A stretch of 64,000 bases of DNA from Cladosporium halotolerans (Eukaryota): contig NW_027191507.1 of assembly GCF_011745625.1 (NCBI RefSeq), positions 1-64,000 of the forward strand, in the 5' to 3' direction. Under the pieces are notes generated by a model. It worked only from the letters and a program-made list of their open reading frames with translations, did not search any database and was not told the origin of the DNA. Positions within the stretch are counted from its first letter, which is position 1. Each line of letters begins with the position of its first letter. The translations under genes were made by a program, and so were the position numbers. This document shows positions 36,921-48,764 of this stretch, one piece after another.

Positions 36921-39900
36921 ATGCCATCGGTGGTCGAACTATTTACTGCGGAAGAGCGAGCATCACTGCACCAAGTGTACGAAGCCGTGAGGGGCAAATT
37001 ACAGCAAAGCACGTTATCCTACATTCAGAACGAAACGATCCTCAAAAGCGACAAACTTTTTGCTTTCGTCGAAGCTTTAGCCACAGTCTTACAAACCAAC
37101 GGTCTCTCCGAGAAGAGCGCGAAATGGAATCGTCTTAAAGAGCTCGTCAAGGGGGCAAGCAACGACAGCAAGGACACGGATGAAGAAAAGAAATGGAGGA
37201 CACGCGTCACGCAGGCAACTTTCATCTCGATGCAATGGTCGCTTGAGGTCCTGGAGTACTACGAATGGAGCACGGACAGCTTCAGTAGGGACCGACTGGC
37301 TTTCATGTACAACTGCGCCAAAAAGTATCCTCGCTTTCGGCTTGACTTTGTCCCACACGCAAACCTGGTACGATGGTTGAAACACTGCAACGCTTTGTCT
37401 TCCCTGGACAAAGCGACAGAGGACCTCTTTGCCGGGTACGGTGGAGAATTCATGGTCAAAGATCTCAAGAGTCTCCAGAAGCTCCAGGAATCGAAGCACA
37501 CCCCGGTCTACGGTCAGAACGTCACGCTCAAGTCTGCAGGAGAATTTGAGAAGTTCATCGACAGATGGACGCAACACCGCACCGGAATCGTCGTCGTTGG
37601 TGGGAAGACTTTGGATCTGAAGAAGCATAGGCCGCAACACTGGAACACATTCCTGCTCAAAAAAGATAAGAACGGTCTTCTGGTGCGGCGGACAGGCACC
37701 GACGTGGTAGAGACGCCCCGGCATACTGGCTTCCTGTCGCCTCCAACTTCCACCTCCGTCACAGCAGGCGGTGCGACGACACTGCAACCCTGCATTGATG
37801 CGTATTCGCTGCACTTGTTGCATAGCAGCGAGCAGAGCACCTCAAGTGATGACGTGCCCGCCTCAAGTCCGCCGCTCATCGATGACGAGACCGGAACTGC
37901 CCAGCATGTTGAAGAGCTCAGAAGCAATCCTGATTCTCGCAGCGTTGGAGATGCTGAGCCTCGACCTCCTCAGAGCCACAGCTCCGTGGACTCGCCGCTC
38001 GCTCTGCCATACGCGCGACAAAGTGATCTCGGGTCTGGGAACGAGAGTCCTTCTGTACGGCGCACTGCTGGTCTCAACCGGGAGAAGGCAGCACAGGCGC
38101 ACTCAGTCAACGAAGAGATTGACAAGTGCAGTGAAGGATTCAGCAGCAAAGCTTCAACCGACTCGAAACGAACCGAGCGACTCGTGCAGAACAGGCGCGC
38201 GGAAAACGGGGATGATGGGGACCTGTCTTCAGTGCGCGGATCGATGGAGCTGCGGTCTAGGCGTGAGACCAGTCCGGGCGACAATCCGTCGGGTGGAGGC
38301 GATATCACCAAGCAAAAGTGTATCTCCGTGCCCGTCGCAAGTCATGTGGCACCTTCAAGCGAGCCAAATAGCAGTAGTGCCCCGTCACAGGGACGCGAAA
38401 GTCCCTTGCATAATGGACACTGTGATAAAGAGCCAAGCAGCTATTCACTGGAGCATCATGAACTTCTGGGTGATCTAACGCGGACTCATCAAGCTGGCGC
38501 AGCGACGGCCGGCGAAGTGAGCCTACGTCACATCGAGAAATGGTTGAGCGACCAACGCAAGGGCAATTTGTCAACTGCAGATTCTCCGTCTGAGACTGGG
38601 TCGAGTCAACGGGATGTAAGCACCGCTTGCGAGAGGATCAGAATTGCAACACACGAGAGGCAGATGTCCGGGTCGTCTCAGAAGGAAGCAATTCCCCAGG
38701 GATCTTCGAACGGGGCGGGTACGATGCAATCTCTCGCCACCGAATCCAGTGCTTCGAAATCATCTGCAAGTGGCCTTTTCCAGCCACTGTCATCCGCCGA
38801 ATCCGGACTGCCGGCCGGAGCTTCCCAATGGCAGCACAAGCTTTGGCCAAACGGGGACGAGGACTCGTCTACTGTGAAAGATTCGAACACCAGCGGCTCT
38901 CCGAGCCCTTCTCCAAGCTTGGAATCATCCACACGGTTCACGCACCAGCGACTCGTCGCGTGGGCACCTGCCGTCCTGAAGGCACCCTTTGAGCATAGTA
39001 CGGCAAGCAGTGAGGTAAGTTCGCCTGAGGACTCCGCTTCGGACAGCCACAGCTTTGGAACGACATGCTCAGGTAAAAGCGTGGGAGGGGGTTCGAGCTT
39101 GCCTCTAGTACACACAACCCAGGGGCATCGACCAATTGCGGATTCTTCCGCAACACTCGAGGCGGTCGCTGTGATGCAGCCGTATGCAGCCCTTCCGGGC
39201 TCGGTGACGCCATTCTCCGGTTTTGCTTCGTACAATCCACGTTCTGCCAATGGAACGGTCTACCCGGGACGGCTTGACGAGAGTGAGGTATCAGTAAGCA
39301 ATCGAGTGCACGAGGTTGAGAGCTCTACGGACGAGAGCGCTGCGGATGAGAGCGCTGCGGATGAGAGCTCTGCCGACGAGTGCTCTGCCGACGAGAGCTC
39401 TACGGACGACGGCCAGGGAACGTCTTCGGACTGCTCCGAGGATCTCCACCACCTCCATCTTGATAATCTGCCGGTCGTCTGTCAATGCAAAGTCTGCATT
39501 GCGCTCGTGCCGCTGCTCAGAAAAGTCGGGCTCGAAGCTTCCTTGCATGGCGCGTCCGAATTATGCCGTGCGCGAGATTGCTGGTTCGGTGAGGCGAGGT
39601 GGGCCTCTTTCAAAGCAGCATACGAGAGAGACGACCTTGGCGATGAGGCCGAGGCCGAGGCGGAGGTGTTGCATGTCGACTCCACTGGTCTCGAAAGCCT
39701 GGCCGACAGAGGCGTCTTGATCGAGAAACCGATTGTCATCACAGAGCGCAAGATCAATCTACCGACGTACCATGTGGAGTCGTTGCGGAAGGCGATGCGC
39801 GACAATTTTGGGGACCAGACCGTGGCAACGACCCACACCCTCACGCAGGAAGCAGAGCACACTGGTATCACAGACTTCTTCGCAGACATTTCGAGCGGTG

Positions 39901-40745
39901 AATCGCCAGTCAGCTCTTCTACCTTGTGCGACTCCCTCGGAGCACCTCGACCGACCTTTCTGTCCCTTGACCGCTTTCGGTTGCTTCACGCCGCGATCAC
40001 GAGGGGCGTCTCCCAAATTGTCGAAACAGAAGTTGGCGGCTCGGACAGGGGTTGCGCGACTGGCGCCCACTCTTTGTGTGTGAGCGGCGGCCTATCGTTT
40101 AACCGCATCGATGGCTCCGGCGCTTTTGTCGGGCCCTGCATAGATCCTTTGGGTGGCACTTGGATTCGCAATCTGATGGGAAGGAGACTGTGCGCCTTCG
40201 TGCCTCGCGCGAAAATGACGACGTCGCTGTACGGGGACTTCGCAAGCGACAGAGTGGGTTGGCAGCCACGCGGAGAACAAAGGCTGGTACTGCTCGAGCC
40301 TCACGACGTCCTCGTCCTGCCGCCCGGCGTTGTCCACGCACAGCTCGCCGTCGATGCGTCCGCATCGGTGGAGGGATCATTCTGGGACGAGCGGGAAGCA
40401 GGACGCTACTCGACAGCCGCGCAGTGGGCCGCCACAAACCTCACTCACCCGACGCAGATTCCGAGGTGCGCGGTCAGGCTTGCGTTGCAGGGTCTGAAAA
40501 GCATCGTGCAGGGTGACCCGACACGTTTCGATTCGGACCCGTTCATTCGAGAGTTCCTGGGGGACGAACGCTCGGCGGTCTTCGAGGCCGTGATGGCTCA
40601 GACCTGCGGCACAGACGAAAAGCGGATCGAGAGCAACCCCGAGGGCTTCGGAACTTCCGAGGGAAACAGTGATCGTCGAATATCGATGCATGAGGGAGAA
40701 AATGACGCTACGCCACCACCGCCGAAACGTATGTGCCTTCGATGA
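36921..40745 (+). CDS. 1274-aa protein with a long Ser-rich linker and a C-terminal JmjC/cupin-like domain
   Basis: Single long ORF. The C-terminal GAFVGPCIDPLGGTW...G-RR..LVLLEPHDVLVLPPGVVHAQ...SVEGSFW fits the JmjC double-stranded beta-helix pattern. Confidence 0.75.
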   Translation: MPSVVELFTAEERASLHQVYEAVRGKLQQSTLSYIQNETILKSDKLFAFVEALATVLQTNGLSEKSAKWNRLKELVKGASNDSKDTDEEKKWRTRVTQATFISMQWSLEVLEYYEWSTDSFSRDRLAFMYNCAKKYPRFRLDFVPHANLVRWLKHCNALSSLDKATEDLFAGYGGEFMVKDLKSLQKLQESKHTPVYGQNVTLKSAGEFEKFIDRWTQHRTGIVVVGGKTLDLKKHRPQHWNTFLLKKDKNGLLVRRTGTDVVETPRHTGFLSPPTSTSVTAGGATTLQPCIDAYSLHLLHSSEQSTSSDDVPASSPPLIDDETGTAQHVEELRSNPDSRSVGDAEPRPPQSHSSVDSPLALPYARQSDLGSGNESPSVRRTAGLNREKAAQAHSVNEEIDKCSEGFSSKASTDSKRTERLVQNRRAENGDDGDLSSVRGSMELRSRRETSPGDNPSGGGDITKQKCISVPVASHVAPSSEPNSSSAPSQGRESPLHNGHCDKEPSSYSLEHHELLGDLTRTHQAGAATAGEVSLRHIEKWLSDQRKGNLSTADSPSETGSSQRDVSTACERIRIATHERQMSGSSQKEAIPQGSSNGAGTMQSLATESSASKSSASGLFQPLSSAESGLPAGASQWQHKLWPNGDEDSSTVKDSNTSGSPSPSPSLESSTRFTHQRLVAWAPAVLKAPFEHSTASSEVSSPEDSASDSHSFGTTCSGKSVGGGSSLPLVHTTQGHRPIADSSATLEAVAVMQPYAALPGSVTPFSGFASYNPRSANGTVYPGRLDESEVSVSNRVHEVESSTDESAADESAADESSADECSADESSTDDGQGTSSDCSEDLHHLHLDNLPVVCQCKVCIALVPLLRKVGLEASLHGASELCRARDCWFGEARWASFKAAYERDDLGDEAEAEAEVLHVDSTGLESLADRGVLIEKPIVITERKINLPTYHVESLRKAMRDNFGDQTVATTHTLTQEAEHTGITDFFADISSGESPVSSSTLCDSLGAPRPTFLSLDRFRLLHAAITRGVSQIVETEVGGSDRGCATGAHSLCVSGGLSFNRIDGSGAFVGPCIDPLGGTWIRNLMGRRLCAFVPRAKMTTSLYGDFASDRVGWQPRGEQRLVLLEPHDVLVLPPGVVHAQLAVDASASVEGSFWDEREAGRYSTAAQWAATNLTHPTQIPRCAVRLALQGLKSIVQGDPTRFDSDPFIREFLGDERSAVFEAVMAQTCGTDEKRIESNPEGFGTSEGNSDRRISMHEGENDATPPPPKRMCLR
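39318..39407 (+). repeat. Coding minisatellite, 6 x 15 bp (ESSTD/ESAAD/ESSAD)
   Basis: gagagctctacggac gagagcgctgcggat gagagcgctgcggat gagagctctgccgac gagtgctctgccgac gagagctctacggac. Confidence 0.9.
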
Positions 40746-43700
40746 AGCATTTTGGAAGGCTAGTGATGTCGTCGAGATCGCGACTCAACGCCGAGCAGGC
40801 GAGGGGTTCGCTCGTCCGTAGGTTGATGCCGGAAATGCTGTGCGATGAAGTTTTCTTCACTGCCTTACGCCATGCTGCACACGCAACCTGCTCTAAACAC
40901 ACTCTCCCGCCTCTACACAGACAGCACTGTTGTCGGGAGGTAGCAGAATGGGAAGGGGAGCTGGCGCTCACGGTGCTTGTTGACCGTGAAGTGCGCTGCG
41001 GTTGCAAACTAGATTAATTGAAATCAGTTACATTACAGACTACTGACATGGCATAACGTTACTGCACAACCAATGATCCAGCAGATCGGGGTCGTTTGCG
41101 TACTCAAACCTAACGATACCACGATTGCTCCCCCTTTCCCCCAAATTCCAGCTCAGGCGCAACACTGCATCGCACGCTCGATATCTCCGACCCACGCCGC
41201 CGCCCCGCCGACGAATTCATCGGTTCTAGTATCCGCGGGTTTTGTCCAGGGTTTGCCGTCACGGCATTGAGCTGCGAAGGCCGTAGTGCGGCCGGTTCTG
41301 TGAAAGCGAAATGTTCCCGACGACTACCTTTCAGTGATACGTGTTTAGAACGACTTGATAGCGCCTTCTTCGAATCCTGGGTCCGTCAGCAGAGTCCGTT
41401 CCATTTCATAGCCCACATGGGACATTCTTGTGCCGGGAACTCACTTCGCGGCGGTCCCCGGGGATGTCGTACAACACTCCTTTTCGAAACAATACCATCT
41501 GGATCTCGGCCTGATGCTCCTTGGCCATTTCCGCTTTTTTCTTGAGCGACATTCTATACTTGTGGAATTTCTCTTTGCGCTTTCTGGTCTCCGAACACGC
41601 GCCCATAGTGTGGTGTGAACTCTTTCCTGCTTGATGGGGCTTGCGGACGTCGAGCAAATCGAACAGTGTCACCGCAATCTGAAGAGCCCGGCGAGTTTCC
41701 ATCTTTCTACACATACTCAAAAGTGGAGGGTTTAAATGGCAAGTCCTCACCTAGCCTACCCCCCCTTTTCCTCTACAGAAGGAGGCAAGGGGAGCCAGTG
41801 TTTCATCGAGCGTTTCAGGCAGCGAGTATTGCTCAATCGGGGTCAGTCGCACGTCGGCGCGTGACCATCTGGCGTCCAGGGTCTGACCGCATCCATAGGC
41901 TCTGCCGGCGTGCTTGCAGCGACATAAGATCCGCGCGGTAGTATCGCTCGCCCACCTTCTGTCCTGCCTCTAAAACATGATGCAAACTTTCTCCATGCTC
42001 CCTACAATCCTGCTGGCTTGCAGCGCCGCTACCGCAATCATACTCCTAACAAGACTGCCTTCTTTCCAAGTCGACTCACTGAACCTGAGTAATCTGTGGC
42101 AGCGAGCCTTTTCTGCCGGCGCTTTCGACCGGGCGCTGAGGCAGCTCGGGAATTCTGGGCCGATTTCTAGATCATTGCGCTGGCTGATTTCCATGGGCTC
42201 TACATTGAAAGACAAAACGCGCGCGCCGAGTGGATCCGATTCCTCGCACAAAGCCCAGAACGAGGCTTCCGGATTGGACTGGCTCTGGCTGAGAGCGAGA
42301 CGTGCGCTGGTCAGGGCGTCTTGGAGTCTTCTCCGCCGACACCTCAGGACGGCCAGATTGTCACGCTTGAACCGAGCTCTGAGCATCACCACACCGAGAT
42401 TGTCGTCTCAAGTCACAACCGCCATACTCGCAGTGAGTCTCCCTTGAACAGGATCACCCGCGAACGAAGCTGACGTTCTGATCTCACGGGGCTGCGTAGT
42501 TGCCGGAATGTTGGCCGTGACCCTTCCAAGCCTCAGTCTTGCCCTCTCACGTTTTCTTGAGAAGTAAGGGATGGGTCTCCCCACGGTGTCGGACACTTAG
42601 AATTCGTCGCAGGGTGGTGTCGGTGGCGTGCGACCTCAAGCTGTGGTTGTTGGTTCAAAGTTGTTGGTCCATGAGCATCAGCGCGGCATCTGCTTGTTGT
42701 GTGGCTCGGATTGCGTATCACAGGGCCAACGATGACTGGCTCCGCCGAGATTTTACTAGTACTCCCATTTCGTTCTTTGACGTGCCAAACTCCGTCCCGG
42801 GAGCGTGGGCACCGACGTTCTTACCAGAGTTCACCTTGTACCCTTTATTCCCACGACTTTCGTCATTGAAACCACATCTTGCTTTTCTGCAGTCATCTGC
42901 CTCTGTGGCAAGCTATGCGCGCAGTCCGTTTGTTCGTAGGTCCTGAAAGATATCATTGCCGTCCTTGTTTGCAGCTTCCACTTCGCTCGCCGCGCAAATG
43001 GTTGTCGTTGTTGGCGAGGTCGAAAGCGGTTCCAAGAGATGCGTTCCGACTCGGAGCTGACGTTACGATGGCGATTGACTGTTGCAGTTGTTCAGGATCG
43101 CTGGCGGAGGCTGCAGCTGGAAGCATAGAAAGCCGGCGAGGACGATGGCATTGTTGCGGCGAAGACTGCGGGGGACAGCCATGGCGGCGGCGGTGGTGGG
43201 AAGAAATTGTCGCGTGTGCTGCGGCGAGGCGTCAGTGCTTTTATGCTGTTAGTTCAAAACCATGCGCGCGTAACAGCAGTGTATCTTACTTACAAATAAT
43301 GATGTTTGGGTGGTTACGTCAACTGATGATCGATGCCTGCGCGAAACGAACGAACGGTCCGATGGCGCCGCCCGTCTGGCCGAGCGAATTGGTGGCTCGC
43401 GTTGACAGAGTAACAACAGCCGCTGCTTGCCGCTCCCGGCCGTGACCAGCCGGGTTGTGGGTCTGATCCGGGACGATACCGGTTTCGAAGCCTGTGATCG
43501 CTTCCTGCTGCCCACGCATTGTTCCTAGCGCCTTGCAGATTGAGCGCCTTGCAGATGGCCTGCAGGCGCTCTTCAGGGGTACAAACAGTACTGTTGAGCG
43601 GCATGACGTGCTTTCAAATTCCTTTCCAGTTTCCCCATGATCCCTCTGTCAAGCAGGGAAGCGTGGTGGAAGACCGCGACCTTGACCGGACGGTGACCCA

Positions 43701-44171
43701 ACAGCCTGCGCGAGACGGATTCGCATTGGGACGCCGGTGCCAGATACGGTGTCGTGGATAAGTCTGGACGGATTCGTCTCCGTCACGCGGTGAAAGCTTG
43801 GAGCGTTGCAGGCACCGTGCGGCTCACGAAGATCGAAAGATGGTAGTACCTTCGTGCGCTCACCGTCGCCGGACAGCTAGGACGCCGCCACTTCAGCTGT
43901 CTTCAGTGAAGAAAGAGCAAGCGAGGGGAGGGGGCCTCGAAAGATGTTGGCTCGGGGGTAACCACGGATGAGAATGTCTCCGTTCGGACGCCGTGCCACG
44001 ACGTCTCGTTGGACCGACGGCGTGTTTATAAAAATCGAGGCCACAGCATCACCTTGGCCCTGCACTCCATATCCAGTCAAACACGTGCAGGGGGCCCTCA
44101 TCCTTTTGGCTCCAGTCAAAGTCCCCCACGGTTCACAAGGTCCAGTTCCCTGCTACCTGCTGAGCTTTACC

Positions 44172-44807
44172 ATGGTTGATGTGGATCATCAAATGGAAGA
44201 CCTTTCCACAGGGAATCACGCTCCGGTCAAGTTGCAATCGCCTATGCAAGAGCACAAACAGCTTCGGCGGTCGCAGAGCCTTACAATGTACATGGATTTG
44301 GACGAACCCTCAGATTTCGAAGAAGGCTCGCCGGGGCCGGCTACACGTCTAAAGTCCGGCTGCCTCATCCTTTGTTGTGCCCAATGTCTGAGTGCTGTGC
44401 TCATCGAGTACAGCGACGGAACCATACCTGGCCTGCCCAGACTGTCGAAGATCTCTCGGAACCGTAACGGCGTGGCACTCACGGAATGCAAGAAATGTTT
44501 CTGGCGCACACGAAAAGGTTTGGAAGGGCGCGCTCACGACAATCGAGGGCACTTTCGTATGTCTCGGACGGCATCGATGTGTCCTAGCTTGTGGGATACA
44601 TCAGACTTGATCGAGGCAGCGAGCCTGGTGTTGGGAGAAGTGGTCGGCATCATGCTGGCGGGTAGGGTGTGCCTACACCTGAGCTGGGATCACGTCTCGA
44701 AAGCTTTTGGTGGTAGAGATAGAGTGACAAGTCTAGATGTCTCACAGGCGGCGACTGGTGACGTGAGCAAAATCGTCCTGCAGTATCTCACGAGTAACTG
44801 GGTGTGA
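44172..44807 (+). CDS. Hypothetical protein with two CxxC pairs
   Basis: ORF from MVDVDHQ with CCAQC...ECKKC...MC. A TATA-like tttataaaa lies at about 44025. Confidence 0.5.
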   Translation: MVDVDHQMEDLSTGNHAPVKLQSPMQEHKQLRRSQSLTMYMDLDEPSDFEEGSPGPATRLKSGCLILCCAQCLSAVLIEYSDGTIPGLPRLSKISRNRNGVALTECKKCFWRTRKGLEGRAHDNRGHFRMSRTASMCPSLWDTSDLIEAASLVLGEVVGIMLAGRVCLHLSWDHVSKAFGGRDRVTSLDVSQAATGDVSKIVLQYLTSNWV

Positions 44808-45128
44808 GAGTGGTGAGTTTTGCCGCCCTGTACGATTGCACTGGCGATCCCGCACTTCGATAGCGAGCATAAGAAAAAAAATTGCATGATATATGCGCCA
44901 CCGTTTTGGCAGGTGTTCAGCCATCAGCGTCACGTGTATTAGAGTGTCTGACGATGTGCTGAAGTGTGCGTCAACCATCGACGTCGCGTGTGTCATGGTG
45001 TCTGACAGAGTAACCTTACTCGGGTGTTCGCCATGAGCTGCACTCAACCCACCGCAGATTTCGACGGTCGGACGTGTTTTCACGGTCATGCCGCCACAAA
45101 CGCGACGCCCCCCGATAAATTAACGTTG

Positions 45129-45152
45129 CCCCAACCCTAACCCTAGTAACCC
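45129..45152 (-). repeat. Interstitial telomere-like repeat CCCCAA CCCTAA CCCTAG TAACCC
   Basis: Read directly. Confidence 0.7.
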
Positions 45153-46047
45153 ATATCCAATGGGAGCGTCGACAAGGGGAAATGCTTCAGCACAAGCGGG
45201 CCACGGCGACAAAACTCTGTCACTCATCTTGCCATGACAACGCCGAAGGCCGCCCGCTCGCAAGTCGCTTGAGACTTCCCGTCTAGCGAGCTTCCCTGCG
45301 GCACTGCTGACATGCATCTGGCGTATTCGTCAACGCATCACTCGCGCCCCATGTGTCACGCCAGTGCGTGCCCCAAATACAGCGAGAAGTTGTTTCGACG
45401 GTGACCGCTTCCATTTCAGGGGAGAGTCGCGGGGTACTTCGGTAATGGCCCTCGCTGTGGATTGACATGTGCGCCAAGGCATGCATCTCAGCGCATGTAC
45501 TGTAATGTACTGGAAAGTTTGATCTTTTTTCGCTTTTCCTTCCGAGCACGATTTCGCGAACTCATTGTTTGCAAGAGAGGTGAGTCAGCCGAGATTGGCG
45601 TGGCACCTATGCTGCTCAAGCACGTCTGCTATCGCCGACAGAACCGCCGCGTTCCTCTGCAGTATCTGGCTAAGTTAGTCTCTAGAGCGCCAGAAACAGT
45701 GCGCCGCCATGAAGGAAACGGTAGTGTACTGTTCTGATTCGAGGACAATGCAATGTCGCCCTGGGGCCGTAGTCTTGATATTCAAGCCCCCTTCGCAAAC
45801 ATGGCAAATTGCAAAGGGGGCCGATGCAAACTGAAAACTACCGTGGTGACGGAGTGATTCTACGCGGAGTGAGGGAGACGCGGTGTGTATTTGACACCGA
45901 TGGTGCGACGGCCTGGATGATGATGATCTGCTCTCCTCAGTGTTGTGGTACCTTTTTGAATTGAACAGCTGTTCGACGAGCATATTTGGGACCTTCAATA
46001 CTGCAATTGGCGACACGTGGAATTCAGGCTCGTGCGCCACACCCGTG

Positions 46048-46521
46048 ATGCGTCTACCGTCGTTTCGAGAATTCTGTAGGAGTGCGGGAATATCGGCGTC
46101 TTCAGCGAAAGATGAGCTCAAATGTGACAAATGCAACAAGTTGTTCACTAGTAGAAGCAATCTCATGGTACACAGCAAGCTTCACGGCGAAAACCCGAAG
46201 CTGGGGCACCAATGTAAGGAGTGCCAGAGGCGGTTTCGCCGCAAAAACGATTTGAGGAGGCATGAGAGGGAATGACTCCCGGCAGTGTTGCAATCTGAAC
46301 AATCCCTGACGCAATTACAGAAACACGCCGGTGCACGCCCACACAAATGCCCGTATTGCCCTCAAACCTTCGCACGCGGCGACACAATGAATAGGTAAAT
46401 CGATTTATCCCCAGACCATGCACATGTGCGACCTTGCTAAGACGCGTGCAGGCACCAGAAGACATGTTTGAGGAGATTGCCGAATCTTTACCTGCCAGAA
46501 ACTAGGGTTCATGCTTTTTGA
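46048..46521 (+). CDS. Small zinc-finger protein (two C2H2 plus one C2HC); first intron (46270-46320) has a GA rather than GT donor; second intron 46395-46451
   Basis: CDKCNKLFTSRSNLMVHSKLH, CKECQRRFRRKNDLRRHER|KHAGARPHKCPYCPQTFARGDTMNR|HQKTC. Confidence 0.7.
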
Positions 46522-46868
46522 TGTCTCTTTGATCCGAAACGACGTTCTGGTGGGGAAGAAGGATGAATGCAGGTGATAAGCAAGTCTTCAGCAGTCGCAA
46601 CTGTGTCGTCGTAGGCAGTAAAATTCATGGCTTTTGAATGAATGACAAGAATCGTTGCACTGCAAGTTCGGCCTTCCAGAGAATATCGTGTGTTTATAGG
46701 CAAGGTAAAAAATGCCCAGTACCAGGTCAACGCGGTCTTCATTGGTCAGCGACCAGAGCCCAGGGTGGATCTGGCCGTCCACGCTCGCCGGCTTTGTATG
46801 CGCTGATGTCCTTGGGCGCAGCTTTTAAATTACTGATAATTGCTGACGCCTACGCGCAGCACACCCCC

Positions 46869-46870
<2 letters not shown>

Positions 46871-46944
<74 letters not shown>
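46871..46944. repeat. Compound microsatellite (CA)23(GA)14
   Basis: Read directly. Confidence 0.95.
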
Positions 46945-46950
<6 letters not shown>

Positions 46951-48764
46951 TGGAGGGATCCTTCCACAGGCTTTGGCGATTGACGAAACGTATCAATGGA
47001 CACTCAAATCCAGAACGAACACCGGCCGACTGCGCCATTGCAAGTATTGCAAGCTCACCATGGTGGCACTTGACGCCATGTCACTCACTTGCCATCACCA
47101 CTCCGCGACGGCCGCCCATTCACGATCCACCATGATAGACTGGCCCACTCGGCAATGTCTCCAAGGCCTTTGCTCAATTGCTCGCAGTTCGATATCTCAG
47201 CGTGCACTTGATGAGGCTAATGTTTACAACGATGTTACATTTGATTGTTCCTCGACCGGACAGAACTGCTGTCTGAATGCTGCACGACTTTTACCCGTCG
47301 CACGCCCATGGCAACAGTGACATCTGCCTCGAAAGGCAGCCCTGTGACCGAATCATTTTTCGTCGCGTCGACCAAAACATTCTGTTCAAACTGATGATTC
47401 CGAAAACTGCCTCCGGGATCATGTTCGAACAAGCGATTGGGGTGTCTGGCGGTGGCCACATGGACGCCCAATTTCCGAGGGCATGGGGTCCTCGCCATGC
47501 AATGATGAACTTTAATGTGTGAGAGCGGAACAACCACATTAGCCTAGCACAGGGTCAGTGACGGTCCGCGCAGGAAACAGCAACGTAGTTAGACGCTAAC
47601 CATATCCAGACCGTAAACTCTCCGACATGTTCATGTTGCCAGAGCAAAGCCACGTAAGACCATCCGACCACAACTTCAGATGCAAGCCATAACCAACTGG
47701 CATCGATCTGAGCGTCGATGTCAAGGAAGTAGTGGCAGAGTAACAGGGAAAAAGTGGAGAATAGGGACAAATCGCGCGCACACCGGAGCTGGGAGAGTGT
47801 CAGGATCAGAGAAGGATAAAATCATCTTGATCACGAGAGGACTTGCGAACTTACAGCGTCAATACTGCGTTTTCAGTGGAGGGCATGGTGCGCCAAGGTG
47901 TTGGGGGGTTCCAGTTGTCTGTTTGGGTGAGTGAGAGCGGGAGGCAGGAAGGGGGGGACGAGGGGTTGTCCTGGAAGATGCGAAAGGATGGAGGGATGAA
48001 GGGGGCTGATGGCGAGCTTTTGCACCACAGCATGCCGTTCAAATGCGCTATTCCAGGAAAAGATGACGGATCCGATTCTTCCGTTGTGTCCATGAATCAC
48101 GCAATCACAGCAACCCACATGTGCACGCCCCGGAAGCCGTAAGACACGACGACCATGTATCGAGTCGCTGTGTTCACCGTCGTGGGTAGTAGACTCGTCA
48201 GTATTGAGATTTCCATATCCGACATGATCCTGTCCGTCACTGTGAGTATGAGAGAGCGTGGACGAAGAGGTAATATGGCCGTCGACCGGTTCGGATCACT
48301 TACCAACCAGAAATTAGGTGTACTTGGCCACCGCATCTTGCAAAAAATTGTGTCTTGAACCAGCGAAAAAGGGTTTTGGTTGACAAGACTGAGATGCAGG
48401 GATGTAGTGTTCCTGAATATCTAAAGTCGTCACCATGACAACCATTGAACACAACACTTGTACCGCGAACTATCCGCTCGTTAGTTGGCTGCGGTGGGAA
48501 TTCAAGGCGGGGGATTCGAGTCATCGGACTACAAAATAGGATGATGGAACGGGTGCTAATGATCGATTGCCAGAGACACTGCACTTCACCGAAGCTTGCA
48601 ATGGCAAGGTCCTTGACGCACGGCATGCAGATCGAGGCGCAGATGCCTGTGGCGATCTCGAAAAGGGGACAGAGGCCGATGTCCAACGAACACGTACGAA
48701 TCCACAAAAGCGAGGCCTATCCGCCGAGTCGTCAGCGAAACATGGTGTGGGATTCGACTCCTGC

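Noticed and set aside
41970..43604. Chain of minus-strand ORFs with a small duplication (GCGCCTTGCAGAT x2 near 43530-43557)
   Set aside because: Possibly a pseudogene, but no product or consistent gene model could be supported.
47555..47890. Intron-like GTAAGT...CTGAC...CAG segment suggesting a small minus-strand membrane protein
   Set aside because: The spliced frame does not join the hydrophobic ORF, and no family is recognisable.
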